From: an uncultured Gemmatimonadales bacterium
Lineage (GTDB): Bacteria; Gemmatimonadota; Gemmatimonadetes; Gemmatimonadales; GWC2-71-9
Assembly (NCBI GenBank): GCA_963825055.1
Contig: CAWGSK010000013.1
Coordinates: 160,001 to 224,000 of the forward strand
Length of the DNA: 64,000 nt
Direction of reading: 5' to 3'
Shown here: in pieces, positions 29,060-40,655 of the stretch
Numbering within the stretch: the first letter of the stretch is position 1
Layout of the letters: every line of letters starts with the position of its first letter
Made by a program: the position numbers and the translations under genes
Notes under the pieces: model-generated
Told to the model about the DNA's origin: nothing
Database searches by the model: none
What the model saw: the letters and a program-made list of their open reading frames with translations, nothing else

Positions 29060-30903
29060 GGCGACGTCGTGTCGGCTCGCGCCGGGGAGGAATCGATGGG
29101 GATGGTGTCCCGGGGCGGCATGCGTCCGAAATCCTGGGGCATGATCGTCAGGTCCAGCATTCCGGTCCGCGGATCGATCTGGGGCGAGACGTCCTCGAAC
29201 ACCTTTGAGCGCATCGAGCCCCGTGTTTCGTTGACACGGATGCGGTTGCGATCCTGGTACACATAATATCCGAGGGGTTTCCGCACGGCCGTTGGCGGGA
29301 CCAGGCAATAGCACCCCTCCTGCCCGGATTGGGCGTTGATGCTCACCCGGATCGGGACCGTGCTCGAGTTCGTGATGACGGGTGCGAAATACCGGACGTC
29401 GGTCCCGTAGGCATCCACCTCGCGGCGAACCTCACGGCGGATAACCTCGTTGAGCGTGGGCGCCGACACCCGGATGTTCCCCACCAGCTCCTCGCCCATC
29501 GGTGAGCGGGTCTCGTTCACCGGCGGCTCCATCTTCCAGCTCAACAGCAGGCCATTGGATGGCAGGGCCTGGGACCAGGTCCCGCCGGCAGCCACCGTGA
29601 ATACGTAGCCGGCATCGGTCTCCACCGTGATGGGCAGGACGAGTTTGTTGGTCAGGTAGAACGTGGGCCTGGCCAGCAGGAAGAAGCCCGCGGCGCTGAT
29701 CATTACGGCAAGGAACAGCACCCAGAGCAACAGTTGGTACGGCCGCCAGGTACGCACGTTCCGGAAGTCGGTCGCGCGCCGGCGCGGCGCCATGAGGTTG
29801 GGGTCGGTGGCCCGCCGGCCGCTGCTGGTTCTCCCGCCGCGCGCCGGCGCGGCGGTCACGGGTGTCGGGATAATGGCCGTCGGGTCGTCGTGCCGGATCC
29901 AGCGCCGCCCGTCGGTGGGAGACTCTCCCGTGACGGTGGTGTCGGGGCCGAGGTCCACGGCCATTTCCGCCGCACTCTGGTAGCGGTCGTCGGGCCGCTT
30001 GGCCATCGCGTGCATGATGACCCCCGAGAGCCACGGGGGGACCGCAGCATTGGCCTCATGGGCGGAGGGGACCGGGTCGTTGATGTGCCGTCCGATGACC
30101 TCCTGCGATGTCTCACCCTGATAGGGCGGCGCCCCCGTCACCATCTGGTAAAGCATCGCCCCTATCGCGTAGAGATCGGCGCGGTGATCAACGTTGTGCT
30201 GTCCCAGCGCCTGCTCGGGGCTCATGTACGTGGGCGTGCCAACCACGAACCCGGAACCGGTCGTGCCCGGCCCGTCATCCATCTGCCGCACGATCCCGAA
30301 ATCGACCAGGAGCGGACGGCCGGTTCCCTTCTCCACCAGGATGTTGTCGGGCTTGATGTCCCGGTGGATCATCCCGCGGTCGTGGGCGTGATGCAGCGCG
30401 CCCAGAATGGGCTGGATGATCTGGACGGCCGTTTCGGGTTCGATCGGGCCCTGCTCACTCAATATCTCGCCGACGCTCCGGCCCTCCACGAACGGCATGG
30501 CGTAATACACCAGGCCATCGCTGTCGCCGACAAAGTGGATCGGGAGGATGTTCGGATGACTCAGGCGGGCCAGCGCCCGCGCCTCGGCTTCGAAGCGATG
30601 CAGCATCCCCTCGGTCCAGGCGAGGTCCGGCCGCAGGACCTTGACCGCCAGGCGACGGTGCAGCCGGCTGTCCTTCACTTCATAGACCTCGGCAAAACCG
30701 CCCCGGCCGAGCAAGTCCAGCAGCTCGAATTCCGGGCCAAGGGCGCGACTCAGGCGCTCGCGTACCTGGGGATCGGACGCATCGCGGCTTGTCATGGCCT
30801 GACCAGGAACCACGGGCTGGGGGGTCGGGTTGCTGCAATGGCTGCAGAGACCGTCATTGGCGGTAAGCTCCGCACGGCAGAACTGACAAAGAAGCTGGCT
30901 CAC
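29056..30903 (-). CDS. membrane-anchored Ser/Thr protein kinase with N-terminal Zn ribbon
   Basis: CQFC..CSHC; LGRGGFAEVY, AVKVL, HRDIKPDN, DFG, GTPTYMSPE; one TM segment. Confidence 0.93.
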   Translation of the reverse strand: MSQLLCQFCRAELTANDGLCSHCSNPTPQPVVPGQAMTSRDASDPQVRERLSRALGPEFELLDLLGRGGFAEVYEVKDSRLHRRLAVKVLRPDLAWTEGMLHRFEAEARALARLSHPNILPIHFVGDSDGLVYYAMPFVEGRSVGEILSEQGPIEPETAVQIIQPILGALHHAHDRGMIHRDIKPDNILVEKGTGRPLLVDFGIVRQMDDGPGTTGSGFVVGTPTYMSPEQALGQHNVDHRADLYAIGAMLYQMVTGAPPYQGETSQEVIGRHINDPVPSAHEANAAVPPWLSGVIMHAMAKRPDDRYQSAAEMAVDLGPDTTVTGESPTDGRRWIRHDDPTAIIPTPVTAAPARGGRTSSGRRATDPNLMAPRRRATDFRNVRTWRPYQLLLWVLFLAVMISAAGFFLLARPTFYLTNKLVLPITVETDAGYVFTVAAGGTWSQALPSNGLLLSWKMEPPVNETRSPMGEELVGNIRVSAPTLNEVIRREVRREVDAYGTDVRYFAPVITNSSTVPIRVSINAQSGQEGCYCLVPPTAVRKPLGYYVYQDRNRIRVNETRGSMRSKVFEDVSPQIDPRTGMLDLTIMPQDFGRMPPRDTIPIDSSPARADTTSP

Positions 30904-30963
30904 ATTCCCGGGGAAAAGAAGGGGTCGGGCGACTCCAGTCAGCGGACCACCGGAGACATGCCT

Positions 30964-32343
30964 CTAATCTACCTCCGGAGGCCGGGGTCGCCAGAGCCGG
31001 GGCTGGTCGCAACGGTCGCAACCGCTGCATTGCCGGGGAGTTTCACCAAACCATCCCAGCAGGCGCCTGCGCCGGCACCCCAGGGCCCGGGCATACCGCT
31101 CCATGGCCCGGAGCCGGGCCCGGGCCGCGGCCCGCCGGTGTTCCACCCGCTTCCAGGCCCGGGAGTCATTCAGGTCCGGCACCTCCCGGCGAAGCCGTTC
31201 TGCCGACTCGAGGACACCGGCGGGAACCGAGGCGGCCGGCGTACGGCCATCCCGGATCCGGGCCAGCAGGGCGCGCGAGGGCCACGTGACGGACTGCTGG
31301 CGACGGTGGAGGTCCCCATCGCGCCGGTGATGCAGAAGAATGCATGTGGAAGGAGCGCCATCGCGGCCGGCTCGGCCCGCCTCCTGGTAATAGGACTCGA
31401 GCGACGGCGGCATTGACCAGTGCACCACCACGCGCACGTCCGGCTTGTCGATCCCCATGCCGAATGCACTGGTGGCCACGACGATGTCGCATCCGTCCCC
31501 GAGAAAACGCTCCAGCACCTGGGCTCGCAGCTGCGGGTCCAGCCCGGCGTGATAGGGCTCCGTCCGAAACCCGCGACACCGCAGCCGCCAGGTCAGTGCC
31601 TCCACCAGCCGCCGGGTGGGCGCGTAGACGATCGCGGTTCCGTCGGCGACGGCCAGCGCCGCGTCGAAGGCGAGCGCGCGCCCGTGGTCGTCCCGGACCC
31701 GGGAAACCCGGAAGCAGAGATTCGGGCGGTCGAACGAGCCGATGTGCCGGTCTGGCGCGACGAGCCCGAGGGACGCGACGATGTCCTCACGCACGGCGGG
31801 GGTGGCGCTGCCGGTGAGCGCCAGCACCGGCGGGCGCCCGAGCCGGACCCGGGCCGCGCGGATCCGACGGTAGTTCGGCCGGAAATCGTGCCCCCATTCG
31901 GAGATGCAGTGCGCCTCGTCCACCGCCAGCAGCGCGGGCCTGAAGCCACGGTCCCTGAGCCGGGGCGCGAGGCCGACCAGCCGCTCCGGGCTCAGGTACA
32001 GGAGGCGAAGCCTGCCGTCCAGCAGCTCTCCCAGTACTTCCCTCCGCTCGCTCGCGGACTGGACGCTCGAGAGCATGGCGGCAGGAATCCCCCGGGCCTT
32101 GAGGGCGGCGGTCTGGTCCTGCATCAGGCTGATCAATGGCGAAACCACCAGCGTAGTGCCACCGAGCGCCACCGCCGGGACCTGGTAGCAGACGGACTTG
32201 CCGCCCCCGGTAGGGAGGATGGCCAGCGCATCGCGACCGGCGAGCACGGAGCCGACAATAGACCGTTGCAGGGGTCGGAAGTCAGGATGCCCGAAGCGCT
32301 GCTGGAGGATCGAGATGGCTTCGGCAAGACTGGGCGCAGGCAT
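30964..32343 (-). CDS. recQ: RecQ family ATP-dependent DNA helicase (short, no evident HRDC)
   Basis: PTGGGKS, DEAHCISEWGHDFRP, AFGMGIDKPDVR, QEAGRAGRDG, CRR...CSGCDRC. Confidence 0.9.
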   Translation of the reverse strand: MPAPSLAEAISILQQRFGHPDFRPLQRSIVGSVLAGRDALAILPTGGGKSVCYQVPAVALGGTTLVVSPLISLMQDQTAALKARGIPAAMLSSVQSASERREVLGELLDGRLRLLYLSPERLVGLAPRLRDRGFRPALLAVDEAHCISEWGHDFRPNYRRIRAARVRLGRPPVLALTGSATPAVREDIVASLGLVAPDRHIGSFDRPNLCFRVSRVRDDHGRALAFDAALAVADGTAIVYAPTRRLVEALTWRLRCRGFRTEPYHAGLDPQLRAQVLERFLGDGCDIVVATSAFGMGIDKPDVRVVVHWSMPPSLESYYQEAGRAGRDGAPSTCILLHHRRDGDLHRRQQSVTWPSRALLARIRDGRTPAASVPAGVLESAERLRREVPDLNDSRAWKRVEHRRAAARARLRAMERYARALGCRRRRLLGWFGETPRQCSGCDRCDQPRLWRPRPPEVD

Positions 32344-32466
32344 ACCCGAACATCGCGTGCACCGGTCGCGAGAGCCGTATCCCATCCGTGCGAGGCCGCA
32401 TCGGAAAGCGCGACCGGGCAACCGATGTGAACGCGACCTTCCCTCCTCTTGAGGCATCCGGAGGAC

Positions 32467-33459
32467 ATGACCATCCGATTCACCGCCGCATTGCCCATGT
32501 TGTGTCTGGCCTCCGTCCTGTCCGCCCAGGCGACCCCCGCCGGGGGCATTCCCGTTCCCGGTCAACCGTACCTCCGCTATGGCACGACCGATTCGCTGGG
32601 CCGGTCCATCACGTACTACCTCTCGGAGGACGCGGGTCGATCAGAACTCCCCCTGCTCGTCTTCATCCAGGGTTCGGGAAACCGTTCGCAATTCATCCCC
32701 AACGCCACGGTATTCCGGGGCAGCACCGGGCATTCTTCGCTGGCCGATGCGGCCAGGGGGCGCGCCCGGGTGCTCCTGGTGGAAAAACCCGGCATTGCAT
32801 TCGGCGATGATGGAACCGGCGGACCGTCAGCGGCGTTCCGCCGCGAGCATACCCTGCCCCGATGGTCGGCGGCGATACTGGCGGCGCTGCACGCGGCCGT
32901 TCGCGCAGCCCGCGTGGACACGACCTCCATCACCGTCATCGGGCACTCGGAGGGTGGGATCGCCGCCGCCCGTGTGGCGGGAACGGATCCTCTCGTCACG
33001 CGCGTTGTCCTCGTGGCCGGGGAGGGTCCAACGCAGCTCTACTCGCTGATCCGGCTGGCCCGGAATGGGGACCTGCTCGCCGCTTCCGGGCCCGATCCGG
33101 ATGCACGCGAGCGGGCCCTGCTCGCCGCGTGGGACAGCGTGCTGGCCTCTCCCCATGACGCGGACCGCATGTTCTACGGCCATGCCTACCCGCGCTGGGC
33201 CACGTTCGTGGGCTCCTCGCCTCTGGACGAGCTCGGCGGGTTCCGCAAGCCGGTGCTCATCGTACAGGGCATGGCGGACCGGGCCGTGGATCCGACCTCG
33301 GCGGAGGTCCTGTTCGCCGCGCTCCGTGCGCGCGGGCGGGATGCGACACTCTGGCGCATCGAAGGCGCAGGCCACTCCCTGCGGCTTGCCGGCGGCGAGG
33401 ATCTGTGGGGAGAGACGATGAAGCGGATTGTTGACTGGAGTCTTAGCGCGGCCAGGTGA
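32467..33459 (+). CDS. secreted alpha/beta hydrolase
   Basis: Signal peptide; GHSEGG nucleophile elbow, QGMADRAV, GAGH. Confidence 0.85.
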   Translation: MTIRFTAALPMLCLASVLSAQATPAGGIPVPGQPYLRYGTTDSLGRSITYYLSEDAGRSELPLLVFIQGSGNRSQFIPNATVFRGSTGHSSLADAARGRARVLLVEKPGIAFGDDGTGGPSAAFRREHTLPRWSAAILAALHAAVRAARVDTTSITVIGHSEGGIAAARVAGTDPLVTRVVLVAGEGPTQLYSLIRLARNGDLLAASGPDPDARERALLAAWDSVLASPHDADRMFYGHAYPRWATFVGSSPLDELGGFRKPVLIVQGMADRAVDPTSAEVLFAALRARGRDATLWRIEGAGHSLRLAGGEDLWGETMKRIVDWSLSAAR

Positions 33460-33476
33460 CCGTGCCGGCGGGCGGT

Positions 33477-33644
33477 CTACTCCTCCGGCCGCTCCCGCGC
33501 GCGGCGCCGCGTGACCAGGCGGATCAGGAACGATGCGCCCAGCAGACCGATCGCCACCCAGATAATGCGCTGGTCCCCGGTCGCGATGCCGGCCACCGCG
33601 AAGACCAGGCCGGCGATCGCGAAGACCAGCCGCAGGCCGTTCAC
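33477..33644 (-). CDS. small 2-TM membrane protein (55 aa), absent from the ORF track
   Basis: GTG overlaps the hydratase stop (GTGA); translation MNGLRLVFAIAGLVFAVAGIATGDQRIIWVAIGLLGASFLIRLVTRRRARERPEE. Confidence 0.7.
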   Translation of the reverse strand: MNGLRLVFAIAGLVFAVAGIATGDQRIIWVAIGLLGASFLIRLVTRRRARERPEE

Positions 33645-34399
33645 TTCTTGAGGAATCCGCTGATGGCCTTCCGGAAGTCCGGCGTGGCGCGCGCGGCGGC
33701 GTTGACCTGGGCCCCGAGCCGGAGCCCCTCCTCGAAGCCGCGCCCGTCCAGCGCGTAGAACTGCTGCTTGGTGAAGGCCAGCGCCGACGCGCTTCCTGCG
33801 GCGAGCCCCCGGAGCAGGGCGGCGACGTCCTTCTCGAAGGTCTCGTCGGCGAACACCCGGCTCACGAGCCCCTGCGCGGCGGCCTCATCAGCCCCCAGCA
33901 CGCGTCCCGTGGCGGCCAGGTCGAAGGCGACCTTCTCGCCCGTCAGCCTGCGGAGGATGTTGAGCACCATCGCCGGGACAAAGCCGCGCTGGATTTCCGG
34001 ATAGCCGATCTGTGCGCTCCGGGTGGCCAGGACCAGGTCGCAGGCCGTCGCGAGCCCGGCCCCCCCGGCCAGCGCGCGACCGTGCACGACGGCAACCACC
34101 GGCTTCGGCAGCTGCCGGATCCGGAGGAACACGCTTCCGAGGTGCCAGGCGGACCGTTCGTTTTCCTCGGGCGACTGGTCGGCGGAGGCAAGCAGCTCCG
34201 CCAGGTCGGCGCCCGCGCAGAAGTCCTTCCCTGCCCCGCGGATCGCCACCACGCGCACGCCGGCATCGAGGTCGGCACGCTCCAGCTCGGCGTGCAGCCG
34301 GTCCAGCAGCGGGGTGCTCATCGCGTTCCGCTTCTCGGGCCGGTTGAGCGTGAGGGTCAGCAGTCCGTCGTCGAGATCGGCCAGCAGCAGGTCGGTCAT
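33641..34399 (-). CDS. enoyl-CoA hydratase (methylglutaconyl-CoA hydratase-like)
   Basis: LNRPEKRNA, FCAGADL, AGGAGLATACD, YPEIQRGFVPA. Confidence 0.9.
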   Translation of the reverse strand: MTDLLLADLDDGLLTLTLNRPEKRNAMSTPLLDRLHAELERADLDAGVRVVAIRGAGKDFCAGADLAELLASADQSPEENERSAWHLGSVFLRIRQLPKPVVAVVHGRALAGGAGLATACDLVLATRSAQIGYPEIQRGFVPAMVLNILRRLTGEKVAFDLAATGRVLGADEAAAQGLVSRVFADETFEKDVAALLRGLAAGSASALAFTKQQFYALDGRGFEEGLRLGAQVNAAARATPDFRKAISGFLKK

Positions 34400-34405
34400 G
34401 GTCGC

Positions 34406-34798
34406 TCAGCGGGATCGGGGCAGCGCGCGGCGGGCCAGGGCCACGGGCACGGGAATCTCCATCCGGAGGATGGCCGTGGAATAGACCTTCCCCTGCGCAT
34501 CGGTCCGGAGCGAGATGGTGCCACCGCCGTCCAGGGCCTGGTGCAGGAGAAAATTGAGCGCGTGCAGGTTGGGGAGTTCGAACCGCTCCACCGGGCCGGT
34601 CATGCCGCGGAAATGCCGGCGGACGCGCGCGGCGGTGAGTTCGCGGCGGAGGACGGGATAGTACTCGGGCTCCAGCGCGATCACCCCGATGTTCGCGGTG
34701 TCGCCCTTGTCGCCGGAGCGGGTGTGGGCCAGGTACCGCAGCGGCACCAGGCGGGTGGCCGGCCGGGAAGGACGCGGCTTCGCACGGGATGTCGGCAT
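34406..34798 (-). CDS. AtuA-related small protein (C-terminal AtuA domain)
   Basis: AHTRSGDKGDTANIG...VERFELPNL.ALNF...ALDGGG..SLRTDAQGK. Confidence 0.88.
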   Translation of the reverse strand: MPTSRAKPRPSRPATRLVPLRYLAHTRSGDKGDTANIGVIALEPEYYPVLRRELTAARVRRHFRGMTGPVERFELPNLHALNFLLHQALDGGGTISLRTDAQGKVYSTAILRMEIPVPVALARRALPRSR

Positions 34799-34808
34799 GG
34801 TGGTCTCC

Positions 34809-36173
34809 TCAGGCGCTCAGGACGTCGACGGTGACATGGGGATCCACTTCCGCCCGCGGCAGGAGCGCGGGCCAGAACGCCACGATCTCCTTCACGTCGG
34901 GCCGGTACCCGTATCCGGTCACGCCCGGCGGGCCGTTCAGGACGAGCGGCGCCATCTCGCGGGTGAACCGCTCCACCGGGGCCCGCTCGCGTGCACGGAC
35001 CCCGACCCTCAGCATCACCTCGGGGATGTCGGGGTCGGGGGGACCCGCCAGCCTGCCGTGCGTGGCGTCCACGCCGACGAACTCGGTGTGGACCTTTTCG
35101 AAGACCAGGCCCAGCGCATCCATCCGCTTGCGGATGATGCGATCGGCTTCGCGCGCCTTGTCGTATGCATCGGGCCAGCTGTAGACCAGCGTGCCGACGG
35201 CCTTCCACCCCCACGAATATGCGATCGACGCCTTGTAGCTGTCGGTCGGGGGGCCGCCGCGGGCGCCGCTCACCCGTACGCGATCGCGACCCGCGCGCCG
35301 GACGGTGAGCGAGGTGAAGTCGGCGACGCCGTCCGCGGTCAGGTATCGCTCCGGGTCGCCAATCTCGTACACCAGCTGTTCCGTGACCGACGCGGGCGTC
35401 ACCAGGCCGCCGGTGCCGGGATGCTTGGTGACCACGAACGAGCCGTCCTCCGACACCTCGACAATCGGGAACCCGACGTCCTCAAGGTGACGGGACTTCC
35501 GCCAGTCCCGCTGGTAGTTGCCACCCGAGCTCTGGGCACCGCACTCGAGGATGTGGCCCGCCACGGTACCGGCGGAGACCAGGTCGGCATTCTCCGGGTC
35601 CCAGCCGAATTCGTGGAAGAGCGGCCCGAGGACGAGCGCCGTATCGGTCACCCGCCCGGTCACGACGATCCGGGCGCCGTGTTCCAGCGCTTCGACGATG
35701 GGCGCCATCCCGATGTACACGTTTGCCGCCTGCACCCGGTCGCGGATGGTCTCCAGCGGCTCGCCGGTGTCCATGTTGTCCATCCGGGTTCCGCGGGCGA
35801 GCAGGTCGTCGAGCCGATCGGTGATGTCGTCGCCGGTCACCAGGCCCACGGCGACGTCGCGCTTCCTGGAGCGGGCGTTGTCGAGGATCGCCCGGGCACA
35901 GGCCCGTGGATTCACCCCGCCGGCGTTGGAGGTCACCCGGATGTCCCGGTCGAGCAGTGTGGGAAGGATCCGGTCGATCAGGGCAACGAAATCACGGGCA
36001 TAGCCCGCGGAGGGGTCACGCGACTTCAGTTTCTGCAGGATCGACATCGTCACCTCAGCCAGGTAGTCCAGCATGAGGTAGTCGATCGGTCCGCCCTCGA
36101 CCTGGCGCACGGGCGCCTCGAGCCAGTCGCCCCAGAAGCCCTGTCCCGCCGCAATCCGGACCGCGCGGCTCAC
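34809..36173 (-). CDS. acyclic terpene utilization AtuA family protein (DUF1446)
   Basis: [49 protein letters not shown]. Confidence 0.92.
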   Translation of the reverse strand: MSRAVRIAAGQGFWGDWLEAPVRQVEGGPIDYLMLDYLAEVTMSILQKLKSRDPSAGYARDFVALIDRILPTLLDRDIRVTSNAGGVNPRACARAILDNARSRKRDVAVGLVTGDDITDRLDDLLARGTRMDNMDTGEPLETIRDRVQAANVYIGMAPIVEALEHGARIVVTGRVTDTALVLGPLFHEFGWDPENADLVSAGTVAGHILECGAQSSGGNYQRDWRKSRHLEDVGFPIVEVSEDGSFVVTKHPGTGGLVTPASVTEQLVYEIGDPERYLTADGVADFTSLTVRRAGRDRVRVSGARGGPPTDSYKASIAYSWGWKAVGTLVYSWPDAYDKAREADRIIRKRMDALGLVFEKVHTEFVGVDATHGRLAGPPDPDIPEVMLRVGVRARERAPVERFTREMAPLVLNGPPGVTGYGYRPDVKEIVAFWPALLPRAEVDPHVTVDVLSA

Positions 36174-39001
36174 GGCATCACCGGCGGAGTGGGGCGCGGC
36201 AGGCCAAGTTCCCGGGTCCAGACCTGGCCGTCAGCCTCGGCCGACACGATGCCCAGGGGGAAAAATGACGCGTCCAGCGGCCACGGCGAACCGGGGAAGT
36301 CGAAACGCACCTCGCTGCTGCCCGTGACGGGGAGCAGCAGGCTCGAGGACCCCGCCGGCGCGAGCGCGCGGGGCTCGGCCGCGTAGAACCGTATGCTCAC
36401 GCGAGCCGACCAGCGCGTGGTGGCGCCAGGACGGGCAAGGCCGGGGAAGAGGCTGAGACGAAGCGGGGTCCGGTCGGCCGGCGGCGATTCCGGCGCCCAG
36501 GTGAGGCGGCCCAGCGCGTAGTTGAGCGGCGCCTTCTCCAGCTGGGCACCGACGCTGTCGAACAGGCTCACGCCGAAATCGGTGAAGACCGACCACTGTT
36601 CCGGGTCCATCACCACGTCCACCTCGACCACCGATGCCCACGGCGGCATCTCGAGCGGCACGTCCACCCGGCCGGAACCACTGGATACGACCACGGTGTT
36701 CCGCTCGCCCCCCACCAGCGCGAGTCCCGCCTGCGCTTCGACCGGATGCCCGCTCACGTTAGCCAGCGTGACGACGGCGCGGGATGAATCGCGGCGCGCG
36801 TGCAGCGTCACCGGCGATTGCCGCACGAGGAACGAGGCGCTCGAGCCCCGGGTGGGTGGCGCGACGGCGACCACCTGCCACGTTCCGCCCCGCGCGTCGT
36901 GGCCGTCCACGTCGAACCGCGCATCCTCCCCGAACGGCACGGCCTGCGGGTCCCCGCCCACGACCGGCATCCCGCCAGGTTCGTGCAGGAAGACCAGGAC
37001 CTGGTGGCGGAACTCGCCGGCCCTCGCAATGACGGTAAACGGCCGCCCGCTGTCCACCGGGAAGAAGAGGCGGGTCTGGCCGCCGGCCGGGATGGGCACC
37101 GGCGCGCCGCCCCGGATGGTCGAGTCGCCCGCGCCAAGCGGCACCACCACCGTGTTGACCAGCCGGAAGGCCGGGCCGGCCACCGTGTCCGCGGCCCAGC
37201 CGCTCACGGTACCCGTATAGACCCCCGGCTCCCGGAGCGCCTCCGCACGGTAGCGCAGCGTCACGCGCGAGTCGGTGCCGTTGAGCGTGATGCTGTCGGG
37301 CGCGATGAGCCACGCCGCGGTCGAGCGGAGCGTGTACGTGGCCGGGGAGCCCGCCGGCTTCCGGAGGAGGAATTCCTGCAGCGTATCTCCGGGGTTCCGG
37401 AGGCCGGCACCCCGCCACGCCGCGGTCAGCCCCGTCCCACCCGCCGCCGTCGCGACCACCCCGCGGGGCGTCCGGCCGGCTTTCAGCCAGGCCGCTGCCG
37501 CCATGACGTCAGGCTCGCCGGCGCCCTGCTCGATGAACGTCTCGTTGAGCACCGGGCGCGCGGTGACCATCAATGCCTGTCGCAGGGTCGCCGCGCTGGC
37601 GGAAAGGCCTCCCTCGAGCAGGTGCGAGCGCAGGAGCGCCACGAGCCCGCTCGCGTACGGCGCGGCCATGCTGGTGCCGTTCGCCTGTTCGTCGCCGGTC
37701 TTCCAGGCCGGCACCGTACTGTACGCCACGCCGGGTGCCACCACATCGGGCTTCGCCACCTCGCCGCCGCGGCCGCTGAAGAAGGCGACCGGCTCGGACG
37801 CGTCCGTCCCGGCCCCCTGCAGGAACGGCAGCGGGATGGTGGCGCCGATGGTCAGTGCGCGCCGGGCGGAACCGGGGAAGCCGACGGTGCTGAGGCCGGG
37901 GCCCTCGTTGCCCGCGCTGATCACCCATACCAGATCCGGATTGGCCTCGAGGATGGAATCGACTGCCGCGTCGATCAGGGCCGTCCCCTCAATCTCGTTC
38001 CCGACGCCGAAGCTCAGGTTCAGCACGAGGGGCATCCGTCGCTCGGCGGCGAACCGGATCGCGTAGTCGGCCGCGGCCACCATGGAGCCGGTGGTCGAGA
38101 GGCCCCCCTGGGCATCATTGGCGATCTTCAGCCCGAGGAGCCGGGCGCCCGGCGCCACGCCATTGAACCCGGCTACGCCGTAGATATCGTGGCCGGCGGC
38201 GATGCCGGCAACATGGGTGCCGTGTCCGCTGTTGTCGAAGACCAGGTCGAGCGCGGGCCTGCCGCCCTGCTCCGTGAAGTTGGCCGCCACCGTCACGGGG
38301 GCCGCCGCCGATCCGGTCCGCCAGCCAAACGTCTCGCGTCCGGCGAGGTAGTCGTGCACCGGTCGTTCGTCGGCCAGGGAGCCGTCACCGTTGGTATCGG
38401 TGAACAGGATCCAGCCATCGCTTGCGCGGGCCACCACCACCACCAGGGTGTCGGTTCCGCGCCCGTTGCCATTCAGGTCCGAGGCGGGCGCCTGGCCAAG
38501 CGGCAGCTCCGCGACCACCCCGCCATACCAGGGGCCCGCGCTGTTATAGGCCAGCACGCGCCCGAATCCGGCCAGGGCGTGCCCGGCGATTTCGACGTGG
38601 TCATCGTCGGGAGTCACGGCCGTGAGCCCAACGACGCCTTCGCCGGAGAAGTCACGCAGGTCGAGGATCTTGGGCTCGCCGGTGCTGGTGGTGCCGAGCC
38701 CCGGTACGCCGGGGTCGATGCCGCTGTCCAGGATGCCGATCAGGACGCCCCGGCCGTCGCTCTCCGGGTTGGCCAGAAGGAAGTCCGGGACACCGGTGGA
38801 GGCCAGCGGCATGAGGCCGCGGCGGAACGCCTCCTCCGGCGGCAGCGAGCGCGCGGGCCCGCCGACCATGGCCGCCGGGGGAATGCTCGCCGCCGGGGAC
38901 TCGCCGCGGCCCGGGTCTACGTTGGGCGCCACCCGGGGGCGCGAGGGCGCGCAGGCGGCGGTAGCCAGCAGGGCGGCGAGGACAGCGCGATGCAGCGTCA
39001 T
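36170..39001 (-). CDS. S8 subtilase lipoprotein, tripeptidyl-peptidase II-like
   Basis: [22 protein letters not shown] catalytic triad; lipobox TAAC; long insert between the catalytic Asp and His. Confidence 0.9.
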   Translation of the reverse strand: MTLHRAVLAALLATAACAPSRPRVAPNVDPGRGESPAASIPPAAMVGGPARSLPPEEAFRRGLMPLASTGVPDFLLANPESDGRGVLIGILDSGIDPGVPGLGTTSTGEPKILDLRDFSGEGVVGLTAVTPDDDHVEIAGHALAGFGRVLAYNSAGPWYGGVVAELPLGQAPASDLNGNGRGTDTLVVVVARASDGWILFTDTNGDGSLADERPVHDYLAGRETFGWRTGSAAAPVTVAANFTEQGGRPALDLVFDNSGHGTHVAGIAAGHDIYGVAGFNGVAPGARLLGLKIANDAQGGLSTTGSMVAAADYAIRFAAERRMPLVLNLSFGVGNEIEGTALIDAAVDSILEANPDLVWVISAGNEGPGLSTVGFPGSARRALTIGATIPLPFLQGAGTDASEPVAFFSGRGGEVAKPDVVAPGVAYSTVPAWKTGDEQANGTSMAAPYASGLVALLRSHLLEGGLSASAATLRQALMVTARPVLNETFIEQGAGEPDVMAAAAWLKAGRTPRGVVATAAGGTGLTAAWRGAGLRNPGDTLQEFLLRKPAGSPATYTLRSTAAWLIAPDSITLNGTDSRVTLRYRAEALREPGVYTGTVSGWAADTVAGPAFRLVNTVVVPLGAGDSTIRGGAPVPIPAGGQTRLFFPVDSGRPFTVIARAGEFRHQVLVFLHEPGGMPVVGGDPQAVPFGEDARFDVDGHDARGGTWQVVAVAPPTRGSSASFLVRQSPVTLHARRDSSRAVVTLANVSGHPVEAQAGLALVGGERNTVVVSSGSGRVDVPLEMPPWASVVEVDVVMDPEQWSVFTDFGVSLFDSVGAQLEKAPLNYALGRLTWAPESPPADRTPLRLSLFPGLARPGATTRWSARVSIRFYAAEPRALAPAGSSSLLLPVTGSSEVRFDFPGSPWPLDASFFPLGIVSAEADGQVWTRELGLPRPTPPVMP

Positions 39002-39008
39002 GGTGGCG

Positions 39009-40655
39009 TCAGGTGTGGGGAATCGCGTCGAGTGGGGGAAGCACGAAGGGGCCCAGGTGAGGCCCGGGGTAGCTGGCGGTCAGGCCGAGGAGGAAGGCAA
39101 GCTGGTCCCGCGTTTCCTCCGGCGTGATGATGGCGTCGACGAAGCCGCGTGCGGCGGCATACTTCGCGTCGAGCTGGTGTTCATAGTCGGCCCGCATCGC
39201 CTCGACCGATTCGTTGACCTCCGGGTCCAGCGGGGCGCGCTTGCGGCGGGCCTCGTCGAGTGCGGGGCCGTGCACCGCGCCCACGGCCGACTCGCCCTCC
39301 ATGACCGCCATGCGGCCTGTGGGCCAGCTCAGGATGAAGTCCGGGTCGAACCCCTGTCCCGCCATGGCGTAGTAACCCGCGCCGGAGGCGTGGTTGACCG
39401 TGAGCACGATCTTCGGCACCACGGCGGTCGCCATGGCTTCCACGAAACGCGCCCCGGCGCGGATGATTCCGGAGTGTTCGGCTTCCGTCCCAACCATGAA
39501 TCCGCTCACGTCCTGCACGAACAGGATCGGCAGCCGTTCCCGGCTCGCGGTCTCGATGAAAAACGCCGTCTTCTCCGCGCTCTCCGTATAGATGATGCCG
39601 CCGGTGCGCGGCATGGTGCCGGGCTCGCCCTTGATGAGGCCGCGCTGGTTCGCGATCACGGCCACCGGCCAGCCCTCGATCCGGGCATGTCCGCAGATCA
39701 TCTCGCGCGCGTGGTCGGGCTGGAACTCGTCCAGCCTGCCCCCGTCCAGGATCGAGCCGAGAACGCGGTGCATGTCGTAGGACATGCGGTGGTCCTTCGG
39801 CAGGACGTCGTAGAGGTCGGCCGGGTCGTGCGCCGGGGGCTCGCTCCCGGTCACGCGGTGCCGGACGCCGGCGGGTTCCGGCAGCCTCGCGACATATTCC
39901 CGGATCAGCCGCAGGCACTCGGCGTCGTCGGCCGCGCGGTAATGCGCCACGGCGCTCCGCGTCGTGTGGGTGCGGGCGCCGCCCAGCGTCTCGGCGTCCA
40001 CCACCTGGCCCGTGGCCCCCTTCACCAGGTTCGGGCCACCCAGCCCCATGAAACTCGACCCGTCGGTCATGAAGATGACGTCGCTCAGCGCAGGAAGGTA
40101 CGCCCCGCCGGCGATGCAACTGCCCATGACCGCGCTCACCTGCGGCACGTGCAGGTAGCGGCGCATGATCGAGTTGTAGTAGAAGATGCGGGCGGCGCCG
40201 TACTGCCCGGGGAACACGCCACCCTGATAGGGGAGGTTCACCCCGGCGCTGTCGACCAGGTAGACGATGGGGATTCGCTGGCGCATGGCGACTTCCTGCG
40301 CCCGGAGCATCTTCTTGATGGTCTCGGGCCACCAGGAGCCCGCTTTCACCGTGGAGTCGTTCGCGACGATGACCACGTCGCGGCCGCTCACCCGTCCGAC
40401 ACCCGTGATCACGCCGGCGCCCGGAGCCTTGCCGTCGTACTGGTCATACGCCACCAGCAGGCCCAGCTCGAGCCACGGGCTGTCCGGGTCGCGGAGACCG
40501 TCCACCCGCTCCCGCGGCGAGAGCTTGCCCTCCTTGTGCATCTTCGCGACCCGCTTCGCGCCCCCGCCTTCCCGGAGCCTGGCGGCGAGGGCAAGGTACT
40601 CGTCGGTCAGCGCGCGAAGCCGTCGGGCCTCTTCCCCCGTGGACGCAGCGGTCAC
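39009..40655 (-). CDS. acyl-CoA carboxylase carboxyltransferase (beta) subunit, MccB-like
   Basis: [42 protein letters not shown]. Confidence 0.93.
   Translation of the reverse strand: MTAASTGEEARRLRALTDEYLALAARLREGGGAKRVAKMHKEGKLSPRERVDGLRDPDSPWLELGLLVAYDQYDGKAPGAGVITGVGRVSGRDVVIVANDSTVKAGSWWPETIKKMLRAQEVAMRQRIPIVYLVDSAGVNLPYQGGVFPGQYGAARIFYYNSIMRRYLHVPQVSAVMGSCIAGGAYLPALSDVIFMTDGSSFMGLGGPNLVKGATGQVVDAETLGGARTHTTRSAVAHYRAADDAECLRLIREYVARLPEPAGVRHRVTGSEPPAHDPADLYDVLPKDHRMSYDMHRVLGSILDGGRLDEFQPDHAREMICGHARIEGWPVAVIANQRGLIKGEPGTMPRTGGIIYTESAEKTAFFIETASRERLPILFVQDVSGFMVGTEAEHSGIIRAGARFVEAMATAVVPKIVLTVNHASGAGYYAMAGQGFDPDFILSWPTGRMAVMEGESAVGAVHGPALDEARRKRAPLDPEVNESVEAMRADYEHQLDAKYAAARGFVDAIITPEETRDQLAFLLGLTASYPGPHLGPFVLPPLDAIPHT

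Noticed and set aside
33456..33758. Plus-strand 100-aa ORF
   Set aside because: Antisense to the hydratase end and to the better-supported 55-aa membrane protein.
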